Positions 1 to 8,334 of a stretch of DNA of 28,160 bases are shown here, one piece after another. The notes below the pieces were generated by a model, which was not told where the DNA came from, made no database searches, and saw only the letters and a program-made list of their open reading frames with translations. The stretch covers positions 1-28,160 of IMG/VR virus record IMGVR_UViG_3300032225_000931; one strand, written 5' to 3'. The translations under genes were made by a program, and so were the position numbers. The DNA comes from a virus (Duplodnaviria; Caudoviricetes). Position 1 is the stretch's first letter. Each line of letters opens with the position of its first letter.

Positions 1-2
1 AG

Positions 3-635
3 AAGCATGATAACGTATCTATACGCTCGTTCTGTACTAATAATAATGCAGCTTATGTGGCTGTTGAGGAGACCTATGGCGACGTTAGTTATAATGGTCA
101 TGCTAAAAAAGGAAAAGAATTCGAAAATCAAATGACCAATTTTGGTATCTTAATGGAAATTAAAGGTATTGAAAATCCATTTGAATGGTCTAGAAATGTA
201 GTACAACAAATACAAGGTATGGAAGGTGGATTATATTACTCACCAAACTATACTAGAAGACCATCATTAACATCAGAGGGTACTACTGTAACAACTACCC
301 AAACAAATTCATTAATACCATTTAAAGAAGCATTAGGTGAATATGCAGATCGTGTTCTTGGTTTTATTAATGATATGAATACTATATTTGAATTTGGTAA
401 TGATTGGGGCATGTATATTCCTGAAGTAAAGTACTTATCACCTGAACCACTAGTTAATTATACAGACTTATCATTAAACGAATTTCCAAATGTACACTTT
501 GCAGGTGACGCATTAAGCGCTCGTGGTATTACAGTATCAGGAGCACACGGAATTTATATTGCAGAATCACTTATTAAAGAAAAAGCTTTAGAATATTTAG
601 CACAACAATCACAAGAATTAAATTTAGGTTATTAA
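3..635 (+). CDS. FAD-dependent oxidoreductase/dehydrogenase (COG2509-like), C-terminal part; 5' end lies outside the window
   Basis: The frame is open from base 3 (KHDNVSIRSFCTNNNAAYV...), upstream of the GTG at 57. RSFC, NGHA, TNFGIL and the C-terminal HFAGDALSARGITVSG flavin-binding motif match this family. Confidence 0.75.
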   Translation, partial: KHDNVSIRSFCTNNNAAYVAVEETYGDVSYNGHAKKGKEFENQMTNFGILMEIKGIENPFEWSRNVVQQIQGMEGGLYYSPNYTRRPSLTSEGTTVTTTQTNSLIPFKEALGEYADRVLGFINDMNTIFEFGNDWGMYIPEVKYLSPEPLVNYTDLSLNEFPNVHFAGDALSARGITVSGAHGIYIAESLIKEKALEYLAQQSQELNLGY

Positions 636-651
636 AATAAAATAAACATAT

Positions 652-888
652 ATGGCAGAAACAAAAAGAATACAAACAGCAGATGGTTCAATTATCTATT
701 CATGGATGGGCAAAATGCATTGTTGGGAAGGACCAGCATATATTCCACAAGGTAATAAACGTGCATCACAATATTGGTTATTTGGTTTTAGATATACTAA
801 AGATCAATGGGAAGATAGAAAAAAAGATATCAATGGCCAACCTTGGCATAAAACCTCGGCCGGAAAAGCAGCGGGGGCCAGAGCTTAA
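652..888 (+). CDS. Small hypothetical protein with a single 'GKLHRxDGPA'-type repeat unit
   Basis: 78 aa; contains WMGKMHCWEGPAYI...YWLFG, a variant of the NGKLHREDGPA...WYxNG unit common in phage proteins; A-rich leader. Confidence 0.65.
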   Translation: MAETKRIQTADGSIIYSWMGKMHCWEGPAYIPQGNKRASQYWLFGFRYTKDQWEDRKKDINGQPWHKTSAGKAAGARA

Positions 889-890
889 TT

Positions 891-898
891 ATATTTAT
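891..898 (+). promoter_or_regulatory. Putative late promoter box ATATTTAT
   Basis: Exact 8-mer 17 nt before ATG 916; recurs before eight other genes. Confidence 0.65.
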
Positions 899-915
899 TA
901 CAAATAACCATACAA

Positions 916-1326
916 ATGAAAATAACTGAACTTACAGAAATTATTAAGAATACCATTAAAGAAATGGCTCTTCCTGAAATGGCACGTACAGCAGGTACAG
1001 GCGGTGCATATAATATCACCCCAGAAGGAGAAGCAGCTTTAAAACAAGCTAAAGCTACAAATACCATTCCAGAAGGTATTAGAGCTAATCATCTTGCAAT
1101 TTTAGCGTTTTTATATAAAGCTAAGCAAGAAGGTAAAAGAGCACAAAAAATTGACTTTGCTAAAGAAAAAGGTGTACTTCAACCAGCCGTTAATACTTTA
1201 TTCAATCAATTGGAAGAAAGAGGATTAGTAGCTAAAGAAGGATATCAAACAATGTCTTTAGGTCCTAAAAACCCAGCTAAGCCAAAAGCAAGCGTAGAAG
1301 ATATTTTAGGTGACTTAGATATCTAA
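916..1326 (+). CDS. Putative head-internal protein with winged-helix-like domain
   Basis: N-terminal amphipathic MKITELTEIIKNTIKE..LPE leader; LAILAFLYK...DFAKEKGVLQPAVNTLFNQLEERGLV has MarR-like wHTH spacing. Confidence 0.6.
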   Translation: MKITELTEIIKNTIKEMALPEMARTAGTGGAYNITPEGEAALKQAKATNTIPEGIRANHLAILAFLYKAKQEGKRAQKIDFAKEKGVLQPAVNTLFNQLEERGLVAKEGYQTMSLGPKNPAKPKASVEDILGDLDI

Positions 1327-1353
1327 GAAAGTATAAAAATATAGAATATAAAA

Positions 1354-1385
1354 TTGGGATCGTCAAGATCCCTTTTTTAATTTTA
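1354..1385 (+). promoter_or_regulatory. Putative Bacteroidota-type sigma promoter (TTG ... TAATTTTA) giving a leaderless mRNA
   Basis: TTG at 1354-1356, 21-nt spacer, TAATTTTA at 1378-1385 (consensus TAnnTTTG), then 4 nt to ATG 1390. Confidence 0.4.
1356..1378 (+). terminator. Rho-independent terminator
   Basis: GGGATC-gtcaa-GATCCC followed by T6. Confidence 0.8.
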
Positions 1386-1389
1386 CGTT

Positions 1390-1599
1390 ATGAAATACAT
1401 ACGCACATACGAACATGATGATACCACAGAAGTGTGGACGTTTGATACTGATAAGTTTAGAAACGGACCTATCAGTGTTGATATTAAGTATAAAGATGGT
1501 GCTGATAAGCCAAAAAACTGGAATAAAAGAATTAAGCAGGCTAAGGACGATCGTCGTAATGCTCGTCAAATGAAAAAAATAAACGAAAGAAATAAATGA
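1390..1599 (+). CDS. Small basic hypothetical protein
   Basis: 69 aa ORF; stop overlaps the next start (ATGA), consistent with translational coupling. Confidence 0.65.
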   Translation: MKYIRTYEHDDTTEVWTFDTDKFRNGPISVDIKYKDGADKPKNWNKRIKQAKDDRRNARQMKKINERNK

Positions 1600-2114
1600 G
1601 AATAGGACTAGCAGGAACAATGAGTGTAGGTAAAACTACATTAGCAAAAGCATTAGGTGAAACTGATCGTTTTAAAGATCATATTGTACAAACTGAACGT
1701 AGTAAATACCTTAGTAGTTTAGGCATTCCATTAAATACAGACTCTACATTAAATGGTCAATTTATATTTTTAGCGGAACGTGCTACTGAATTATTACAAT
1801 CAAATATTATTACTGACAGAACAATATGGGATGTATCAGCATTTACATTTTCAGCAAAATCAATTGATTGGTTTGCTAAACGTTCATTTGTTGAGGCTGC
1901 TATGTTTATGCGTGATCAATATGATATAGTATTTTATGTATCACCTGAAGGCGTACCTATTGAAGATAATGGTGTGCGTACTATTGATGCTGAATATCGT
2001 GATAAAATTGATTGGGTTATTCGTGAATCATTAGAAGAATACAAACCAAACAAATTAATTTACATTAAAGGTACTACCGAAGAGCGTATTGCTACAATTT
2101 TACAAAATATATAA
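1596..2114 (+). CDS. P-loop NTPase / nucleotide-kinase-like protein (AAA_28, NadR-like)
   Basis: Walker A GTMSVGKT at the N-terminus, IITDRT motif, YDIVFYV..IEDNGVR, C-terminal GTTEERI. Confidence 0.8.
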   Translation: MRIGLAGTMSVGKTTLAKALGETDRFKDHIVQTERSKYLSSLGIPLNTDSTLNGQFIFLAERATELLQSNIITDRTIWDVSAFTFSAKSIDWFAKRSFVEAAMFMRDQYDIVFYVSPEGVPIEDNGVRTIDAEYRDKIDWVIRESLEEYKPNKLIYIKGTTEERIATILQNI

Positions 2115-2121
2115 TATTTAT
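2114..2121 (+). promoter_or_regulatory. Putative late promoter box ATATTTAT
   Basis: Exact 8-mer overlapping the ATG at 2120, which argues for the true start at 2150. Confidence 0.6.
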
Positions 2122-2149
2122 GGACATAACAATCACTGAATTAAAGACA

Positions 2150-3148
2150 ATGAAATCTAAGCAATTACGCAGATTAGTACGTGAAGCCATTAAAGAGGTT
2201 TTAAGTGAAACAACCGAAATGGATGTTAAAAATGCTAAAAAAGCAGCATTAGATTTAAAAATGAAATATGCTGATGCAGAAAAAAAAGCAGCAGATACTG
2301 AAAAGCAAGTAGCAACAGATGAAAAATCAGCATTAGGTGAATTAGCTCGTATTGCTACAGGATATCAATTAGCTAAAGCTGAATTTGATTCTACTCCATT
2401 TGCAAATAAAAAAATCAGCGGTGTACCTTTAACAGATATTATTGAATATTTCCGTGAACATCCAGGTACAGAAAAAGTACAATTACAAAAACAATTTAAT
2501 TTTGTACGTCCTCAAATTACAAATGCATTAGTAAATGCACTTACGGATGCAGGCGTATTAGTTAAAATAGGTGAACCAGAAGGTAATGTTACTGAACCAG
2601 TAGAACCAGGTGAAGAAGAGCAATCACCAACAGTAGTAGCTACTGAACCAGAAGATATGTTTGTAGGTGGAGGTGAAGGCGATGTATTATCAATGTATTT
2701 TGATAAACAACCAAATGCAAATGGGGAAGAAGATTTTGATGATAACGCTGAACCCGAAATTGGAGATATTGAAAAAACATCACCAAAAATGGCAGCAAAT
2801 ATATCAAATGATGATTTTGAAGCTTCATTAAAATATTCTGAACTAGAACGTCGTTTAACTAATACTAAATCTAATATTGCTAAACTAAAAAAATATAGAC
2901 CATCAATAGGTGATATTAAAGATAAACCATCAGATGAATTAGTACGTTTACGTGATTTAAGAGCATCATTAGAAAAACGTATTGCTGATTTAATTGCTTC
3001 ATCTGATTATGTTAAAAAAATGGCTACAGGTAAGCCAACCACTACACCAGAACCAGTTGATTTAGGGGATGAAGAGGAAACAGAAGAAGAACCATTAGAT
3101 GAATGGGCAATCAATAAAATGAAATATTACGCAGGAATTATAAAATAA
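2150..3148 (+). CDS. Putative head-internal protein (acidic, coiled-coil, wHTH-like segment)
   Basis: Start moved to ATG 2150 (MKSKQLRRLVREAIKEVLSE). Several L/I-x-E sites; C-terminus KMKYYAGIIK resembles the scaffold C-terminus. Confidence 0.65.
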   Translation: MKSKQLRRLVREAIKEVLSETTEMDVKNAKKAALDLKMKYADAEKKAADTEKQVATDEKSALGELARIATGYQLAKAEFDSTPFANKKISGVPLTDIIEYFREHPGTEKVQLQKQFNFVRPQITNALVNALTDAGVLVKIGEPEGNVTEPVEPGEEEQSPTVVATEPEDMFVGGGEGDVLSMYFDKQPNANGEEDFDDNAEPEIGDIEKTSPKMAANISNDDFEASLKYSELERRLTNTKSNIAKLKKYRPSIGDIKDKPSDELVRLRDLRASLEKRIADLIASSDYVKKMATGKPTTTPEPVDLGDEEETEEEPLDEWAINKMKYYAGIIK

Positions 3149-3153
3149 AATAT

Positions 3154-3828
3154 ATGAAAAAAATCATTTTAGGAATTTTAGCAATTTTAATAATTGCATA
3201 CATAATTTTTGATAAAGTAGGTGATGCTGGATTATCAAAAGAATTTAAAGCAAAACAAGACAGTTTAGTAGCTGCTGTTGATTCAATGAAATTAGATATA
3301 GCTAAAGATGATGCTGTTATCGATTCATTAAATCAAGTTGATGACGTATTGAAAGATAAATTAGTACATCAAAAAACAAAAGTAATTAAGATTGTTGAAA
3401 CAGTTGAAATTGAAAAAAATAATGTTGATTCTTACTCAGAACAAGAATTAATCAGTTCACTTAACAGACGTTACCCTAAAGACACAGTAACTAATCCATT
3501 ACCAGTAGCACAACCAGTATTAGTAAGCGCTGCTAAGGATTTAGTAGAATTGGATGGCGCTAGACAAATTATCGTACTTAAAGATAGTTCAATAGCAACA
3601 CTAGAAACTAAAGTATCATTAAAAGATACAGTAATATCTAAATATGTTAAGAAAGAAGGTACATACAAAAATATTATGACTAATCAAGAAACACAAATCA
3701 AAGATTGGAAATACCAATACAATAGCTTATATTTAGCTAACCAGAAGTTAAAGTTTAAAAACAAATTAACTAAAATCGGTGCGGGTATAGTAGTTGGTGG
3801 TTTAGTATACTTGATGATTGCAAAATAG
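3154..3828 (+). CDS. Membrane-anchored coiled-coil protein (spanin-like candidate)
   Basis: N-terminal hydrophobic helix IILGILAILIIAYIIF, long coiled coil, C-terminal hydrophobic helix IGAGIVVGGLVYLMIA. The spanin role is inference. Confidence 0.5.
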   Translation: MKKIILGILAILIIAYIIFDKVGDAGLSKEFKAKQDSLVAAVDSMKLDIAKDDAVIDSLNQVDDVLKDKLVHQKTKVIKIVETVEIEKNNVDSYSEQELISSLNRRYPKDTVTNPLPVAQPVLVSAAKDLVELDGARQIIVLKDSSIATLETKVSLKDTVISKYVKKEGTYKNIMTNQETQIKDWKYQYNSLYLANQKLKFKNKLTKIGAGIVVGGLVYLMIAK

Positions 3829-3884
3829 TGGTTCTAGTCTACCTTAGGAACACGCGTTCAACATTTTAGACCGATGTTTAACAT

Positions 3885-3914
3885 GGCTCAACCCCGTAAG
3901 GTTGAGCTTTTTTT
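3885..3914 (+). terminator. Rho-independent terminator
   Basis: GCTCAACC-ccgtaa-GGTTGAGC followed by T7. Confidence 0.8.
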
Positions 3915-3916
3915 AT

Positions 3917-3924
3917 ATATTTAT
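3917..3924 (+). promoter_or_regulatory. Putative late promoter box ATATTTAT
   Basis: Exact 8-mer directly after a terminator and 4 nt before ATG 3929. Confidence 0.65.
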
Positions 3925-3928
3925 ATAC

Positions 3929-5521
3929 ATGAGCGAACAAGCAAACATTAAAGAAATAATTAAGGCGGAGTACATTAAATGTGCTACTGATCCTATACAT
4001 TTTTTCCGCAAATATTGTTACATTACTCACCCTATTAAGGGTAGAGTATTATTTCATTTATATCCATTCCAAGAAGAGGTATTAAATGAATTTAGAAATA
4101 ATAGATTTAACATCATCAATAAATCAAGACAGTTAGGTATTTCTACCTTATCTGCTGGGTTTTCGTTATGGACAATGATGTTTAATAAAGATAAAACTGT
4201 GTTGTGTATTGCAACGAAGCAAGAAACAGCACGTGGTATGGTTGAAAAAGTACAGTTTATGTATGACAACTTACCTAATTGGCTAAAAGGTAACCAAAAA
4301 CCAATAGCTAATAATAAATTATCATTCCAATTAGCCAATAACTCTCGAATAGTAGCCACATCAGCCGCTTCAGACGCAGGTAGATCTTACGCAGTATCCT
4401 TATTGCTAGTGGATGAGGCCGCGTTTATTGAGGGCATTGACCGCATTTATACGAGCATTAAACCTACAATCGCTACAGGTGGAGGAATTATAGCATTATC
4501 TTCACCAAATGGTGTAGGTAACTGGTTCCATAAAATGTACACCGAAGCAGAGATTGGTAAAAATGACTTTAAAGCAATTAGATTGCCTTGGAATCTTCAT
4601 CCTGACAGAGATGTTCTTTGGCTAGAACGAGAGAGAGCCAATATGTCACCTCGTGAATTTGCTCAAGAGTATGACTGTGACTTTTTAGGATCTGGAAACT
4701 CAGTTATTGAACCCGATACATTATCATTTTATGAACAAACATTTATTCAAGATCCTATTGAGCGTCGCTTCATGGGCGGCGATTTTTGGATTTGGGCTTA
4801 TCCTGATTATAGCAAGTCTTACATTATTAGTGCTGACGTCGCTCGCGGTGATGGTAGTGACTATTCGACTTTTCACATCATTGATGTTGAAAACTGTGAG
4901 CAAGTGGCTGAATACAAATCGCAAGTGGATACTCGTACTTTTGGAAATATGCTTGTATCTGTTGCTTCTGAGTATAACAATGCATTACTGGTTGTGGAAA
5001 ATGCCAATATCGGTTGGGATGTCGTTAATACAATAATAGAAAAAGGATATCCAAATATGTATTATTCTCCTCGTTCATACGGTGAAATGAATGTAGATAA
5101 ATGGATGTCTAAAATAGATAGTGATCAAACAGTTCCTGGTTTTACTACATCAGCTAAAACAAGACCTCTTGTTGTCTCCAAAATGGAGTCGTATCTTCGA
5201 GATAGACACTTTACCTTTCGTTCTAAGCGTTTATTAGAAGAATTACGTGTGTTCATTTGGATGCATGGAAAAGCGCAAGCACAATCCGGCTATAACGATG
5301 ACTTAGTAATGGCATTAGGTATTGGATTATTTACTAGAGATACTGGTGTTAAATTCCGCCAACAAGGTATGGATTTAACTAGAGCATCTCTAGGTGGTAT
5401 GTCAAGTACAGGTGGTAATTATAGTGGAGCAGGAATGTCTAAATTACCTAATGGTGCTGTTAATCCATACCAAATGGAAGCTCAACATGGTGTTGAAGAC
5501 TTAACATGGCTGTTAGGTTAA
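3929..5521 (+). CDS. terL: Terminase large subunit (T4 gp17-like)
   Basis: LYPFQ, Walker A KSRQLGIS, Walker B LLLVDEAAF, SSPNG, nuclease motifs ISADVARGDGSDYS and NDDLVMA. Start set at ATG 3929 because the TTG at 3902 lies inside the terminator. Confidence 0.95.
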   Translation: MSEQANIKEIIKAEYIKCATDPIHFFRKYCYITHPIKGRVLFHLYPFQEEVLNEFRNNRFNIINKSRQLGISTLSAGFSLWTMMFNKDKTVLCIATKQETARGMVEKVQFMYDNLPNWLKGNQKPIANNKLSFQLANNSRIVATSAASDAGRSYAVSLLLVDEAAFIEGIDRIYTSIKPTIATGGGIIALSSPNGVGNWFHKMYTEAEIGKNDFKAIRLPWNLHPDRDVLWLERERANMSPREFAQEYDCDFLGSGNSVIEPDTLSFYEQTFIQDPIERRFMGGDFWIWAYPDYSKSYIISADVARGDGSDYSTFHIIDVENCEQVAEYKSQVDTRTFGNMLVSVASEYNNALLVVENANIGWDVVNTIIEKGYPNMYYSPRSYGEMNVDKWMSKIDSDQTVPGFTTSAKTRPLVVSKMESYLRDRHFTFRSKRLLEELRVFIWMHGKAQAQSGYNDDLVMALGIGLFTRDTGVKFRQQGMDLTRASLGGMSSTGGNYSGAGMSKLPNGAVNPYQMEAQHGVEDLTWLLG

Positions 5522-5524
5522 TAA

Positions 5525-5532
5525 ATATTTAT
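5525..5532 (+). promoter_or_regulatory. Putative late promoter box ATATTTAT
   Basis: Exact 8-mer 21 nt before ATG 5554. Confidence 0.65.
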
Positions 5533-5553
5533 TGATATAATAAAAATACATAA

Positions 5554-7443
5554 ATGGCTGAAGATATAAATTCGGGTGGTGGTTTGTTCAGTAGATTAAA
5601 ACGTCTATTTGGTACAGATGTCATCATAAGAAATGTAGGCGGTGATCAACTAAAAGTAGTTGATGTAGATAGAATACAAGCCTATGGTAATGTAAAAACA
5701 AACGCCCTAATAGATAGATTTACTAAGTTGCATAGATACGGAGCTAATATGCCGTATAATCCAACAATGAACTATCAAACACTTCGCATTCAGTTATATA
5801 CTGACTACGAGGCAATGGATACTGAGTCCATTATAGCTTCTGCATTAGATATTATAGCAGATGAATCTACGCTTAAAAATGAAAATGGTGAAGTAATACA
5901 CATTATCTCAGCAGACGAAAATATACAAAAAATATTATATAATTTATTTTACGATGTATTAAACATTGAATTTAATTTATGGATGTGGATACGCAATATG
6001 TGTAAGTATGGTGATTTTTACTTGCATATGGAAATTGCTGAAAAATTTGGTATATATGGTGTAACACCAATGTCGGTTTATGACATGGTACGTGAAGAGG
6101 GTATGGACCCACAAAATCCATCTTACGTATGTTTTAAAATTGACCCAATGGTTATTGCATCTGGCGGTATTAATAGCCGTGTATCAGATAGAGAAGGCCG
6201 TATTAAGTTTGAAAATTATGAAATTGCTCACTTCCGCTTATTAACAGATGCTAATTATTTACCTTATGGTAGAGCATTTATTGAACCAGCGCGTAAAACA
6301 TATAAACAATACATTTTAATGAAGGATGCGATGTTATTACATCGTGTAACTCGTGCCCCAGAAAAGCGCGTATTTTATATTGATATTGGTAATTTACCTC
6401 CAAATGAGGTAGATGGATACATGGAGCGTTTGAAAAATAAAATGAAGAAAACTCCATTTGTAGATCCACAAACAGGCGATTATAATTTACGTTATAATCA
6501 AATGAATGTAATGGAAGATTTTTATATCCCTCAACGTGGTGGAGCTAGCAATACTAAGATTGATACAATCAAAGGTTTGGAATATAACGCAATTGATGAC
6601 GTAAATTTTTTACGTGATGAAATGTTAGCAGCACTTAAAGTACCTAAAGCATTCTTTGGATTTGAAAAAGATTTACAAGGTAAAGCTACATTAGCTGCTG
6701 AGGATATTAGATTTGCTCGCACCGTTGAACGTATTCAACGTATTGTGTTATCAGAATTATATAAAATGGCATTAGTTCATTTATATACACAAGGATATGA
6801 TGGTGCTGCTTTAAGCAATTTTGAATTAAATCTAACTGTACCTTCAGTTATATATGAACAAGAAAAAGTAGCACTTTGGAAAGAAAAAATTGCATTAGCT
6901 AAAGATATTCAAGATAGTAAATTAATGCCTTCAGATTGGATATATGAAAAAATATTCCAATTTAGTGAAAATGAATATAATGAGTATAGAGATTTAGTAA
7001 CTGAAGATATGAAACGTACTTTTAAACTTTCACAAATTGAAAATGAAGGTAATGACCCATCTAAATCAGGTAAATCATATGGTACTCCACATGATTTAGC
7101 TACATTATATGGTGCTGGTAGAATGGGACAACACGCCGATGTACCTGGTGGATATGATGAAACTCGTCCTGTTGGACGTCCTCAAGAAAAAGATTCTATA
7201 ATAGGAACACAACAAGATCCATTAGGTAAAGATAGATTAGGCAGAATGGATAATAATACATCTAAACAAGCTAATATTCCTAGAGAGGATGGAACACCAA
7301 AAAGCGGAAATAGTTTAGCATTGGCTGAAACATTACGATTTAAAAGTATGTTAGAAGCTATACCTAGAGCGGGTAAGCAAATTATATTTGAGGCTCAACA
7401 AGAATCATCATTGCTTGACGAAAAAAACATTAAGGACATATAA
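5554..7443 (+). CDS. Portal protein (T4 gp20-like)
   Basis: RAPEKRVFYIDIGNLP, MEDFYIP.RGG, ALKVPKAF, EDIRFAR motifs typical of gp20-like portals; directly after terL. Confidence 0.93.
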   Translation: MAEDINSGGGLFSRLKRLFGTDVIIRNVGGDQLKVVDVDRIQAYGNVKTNALIDRFTKLHRYGANMPYNPTMNYQTLRIQLYTDYEAMDTESIIASALDIIADESTLKNENGEVIHIISADENIQKILYNLFYDVLNIEFNLWMWIRNMCKYGDFYLHMEIAEKFGIYGVTPMSVYDMVREEGMDPQNPSYVCFKIDPMVIASGGINSRVSDREGRIKFENYEIAHFRLLTDANYLPYGRAFIEPARKTYKQYILMKDAMLLHRVTRAPEKRVFYIDIGNLPPNEVDGYMERLKNKMKKTPFVDPQTGDYNLRYNQMNVMEDFYIPQRGGASNTKIDTIKGLEYNAIDDVNFLRDEMLAALKVPKAFFGFEKDLQGKATLAAEDIRFARTVERIQRIVLSELYKMALVHLYTQGYDGAALSNFELNLTVPSVIYEQEKVALWKEKIALAKDIQDSKLMPSDWIYEKIFQFSENEYNEYRDLVTEDMKRTFKLSQIENEGNDPSKSGKSYGTPHDLATLYGAGRMGQHADVPGGYDETRPVGRPQEKDSIIGTQQDPLGKDRLGRMDNNTSKQANIPREDGTPKSGNSLALAETLRFKSMLEAIPRAGKQIIFEAQQESSLLDEKNIKDI

Positions 7444-7450
7444 CAACTAC

Positions 7451-7458
7451 ATATTTAT
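7451..7458 (+). promoter_or_regulatory. Putative late promoter box ATATTTAT
   Basis: Exact 8-mer 21 nt before ATG 7480, flanked by ACTAC/GTAGT. Confidence 0.65.
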
Positions 7459-7479
7459 AGGTAGTGTACACCATTAATT

Positions 7480-8334
7480 ATGAAAATTAAACATAATAAA
7501 TTTAAAAATACTGGTATTTTATTTGAATTACTAGTGCGCCAAATCGCATCAGATACTGTATCTGGTAAAGATTCAGCTTCTATTAATTTAGTTAAAAAGT
7601 ATTTTTCTAAATCTGAATTAGTAAAGGAACATAAACTATATCAAGCGCTAATTACTTCTAAAGCATTAACTGAGGGTAAAGCTGAATCATTAATTAACAC
7701 AACGCTTGATTTATCTTCACGTTTAAATAAAGCGGCATTACGTAGAGAAAAATATAATCTTATTAAAGATATTTCTGAAGTATATAACTTAGAAGAATTT
7801 TTTAAGTCAAAAATTAACCATTATCCACAATACGCAGCTATATCTAACTTAATTGAAGCTCACAATACATTAGAGTTTGTAGAACCGTCTTATATTGTTG
7901 ATAATAAAATAACTTTATTAGAACATATATCACGCGCTGCCTTAGATAAAGAAGAAGTTAAAGATCGTTTAATGGAAGAATATTCCCAAATGGATAAAGG
8001 TACACGTCTATTAGCATATAAAATGTTACTAGAAAGATTTAATAGTAAATACAATACTTTATCTAATATTCAAAAATCAGTACTAAAAGAATATATTAAT
8101 AATATATCTAATACAGTTAAATTAAGAGAATTTGTTAATACTAATTTTAATACTATTAGAACTGAATTAGCTAAATTAAACAAAACAGTAACAGATAAAA
8201 CTATCCAAATTAAAATTAATGAGGTAACTAATCTGTTAAAGCCACTAGATAAAAATCAAAGTGTAAAGGATGACAATATCGTTGCTCTTTTACAATTTCA
8301 CGAATTAATAGCTGAATTAAAAAATGTCAAGTAA
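7480..8334 (+). CDS. Hypothetical helical protein in the head module (possible prohead core component)
   Basis: 284 aa ORF between portal and protease; function inferred from position only. Confidence 0.65.
   Translation: MKIKHNKFKNTGILFELLVRQIASDTVSGKDSASINLVKKYFSKSELVKEHKLYQALITSKALTEGKAESLINTTLDLSSRLNKAALRREKYNLIKDISEVYNLEEFFKSKINHYPQYAAISNLIEAHNTLEFVEPSYIVDNKITLLEHISRAALDKEEVKDRLMEEYSQMDKGTRLLAYKMLLERFNSKYNTLSNIQKSVLKEYINNISNTVKLREFVNTNFNTIRTELAKLNKTVTDKTIQIKINEVTNLLKPLDKNQSVKDDNIVALLQFHELIAELKNVK

Noticed and set aside
1390-1599. Phage-encoded ribosomal protein bS21
   Set aside because: Size and basic tail fit loosely, but the ALRRFK and Y.KPS motifs are missing.
3827-3860. Resemblance of AGTGGTTCTAG to a preQ1-I riboswitch 5' end
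   Set aside because: No complementary P1 3' strand (CCACT) and no A-rich tail.
3902-3928. Longer N-termini given in the track for terL (3902), and likewise for ORFs 2120 and 11273
   Set aside because: The extensions run through a terminator, the promoter box or a structured leader; downstream ATGs (3929, 2150, 11348) have better contexts.
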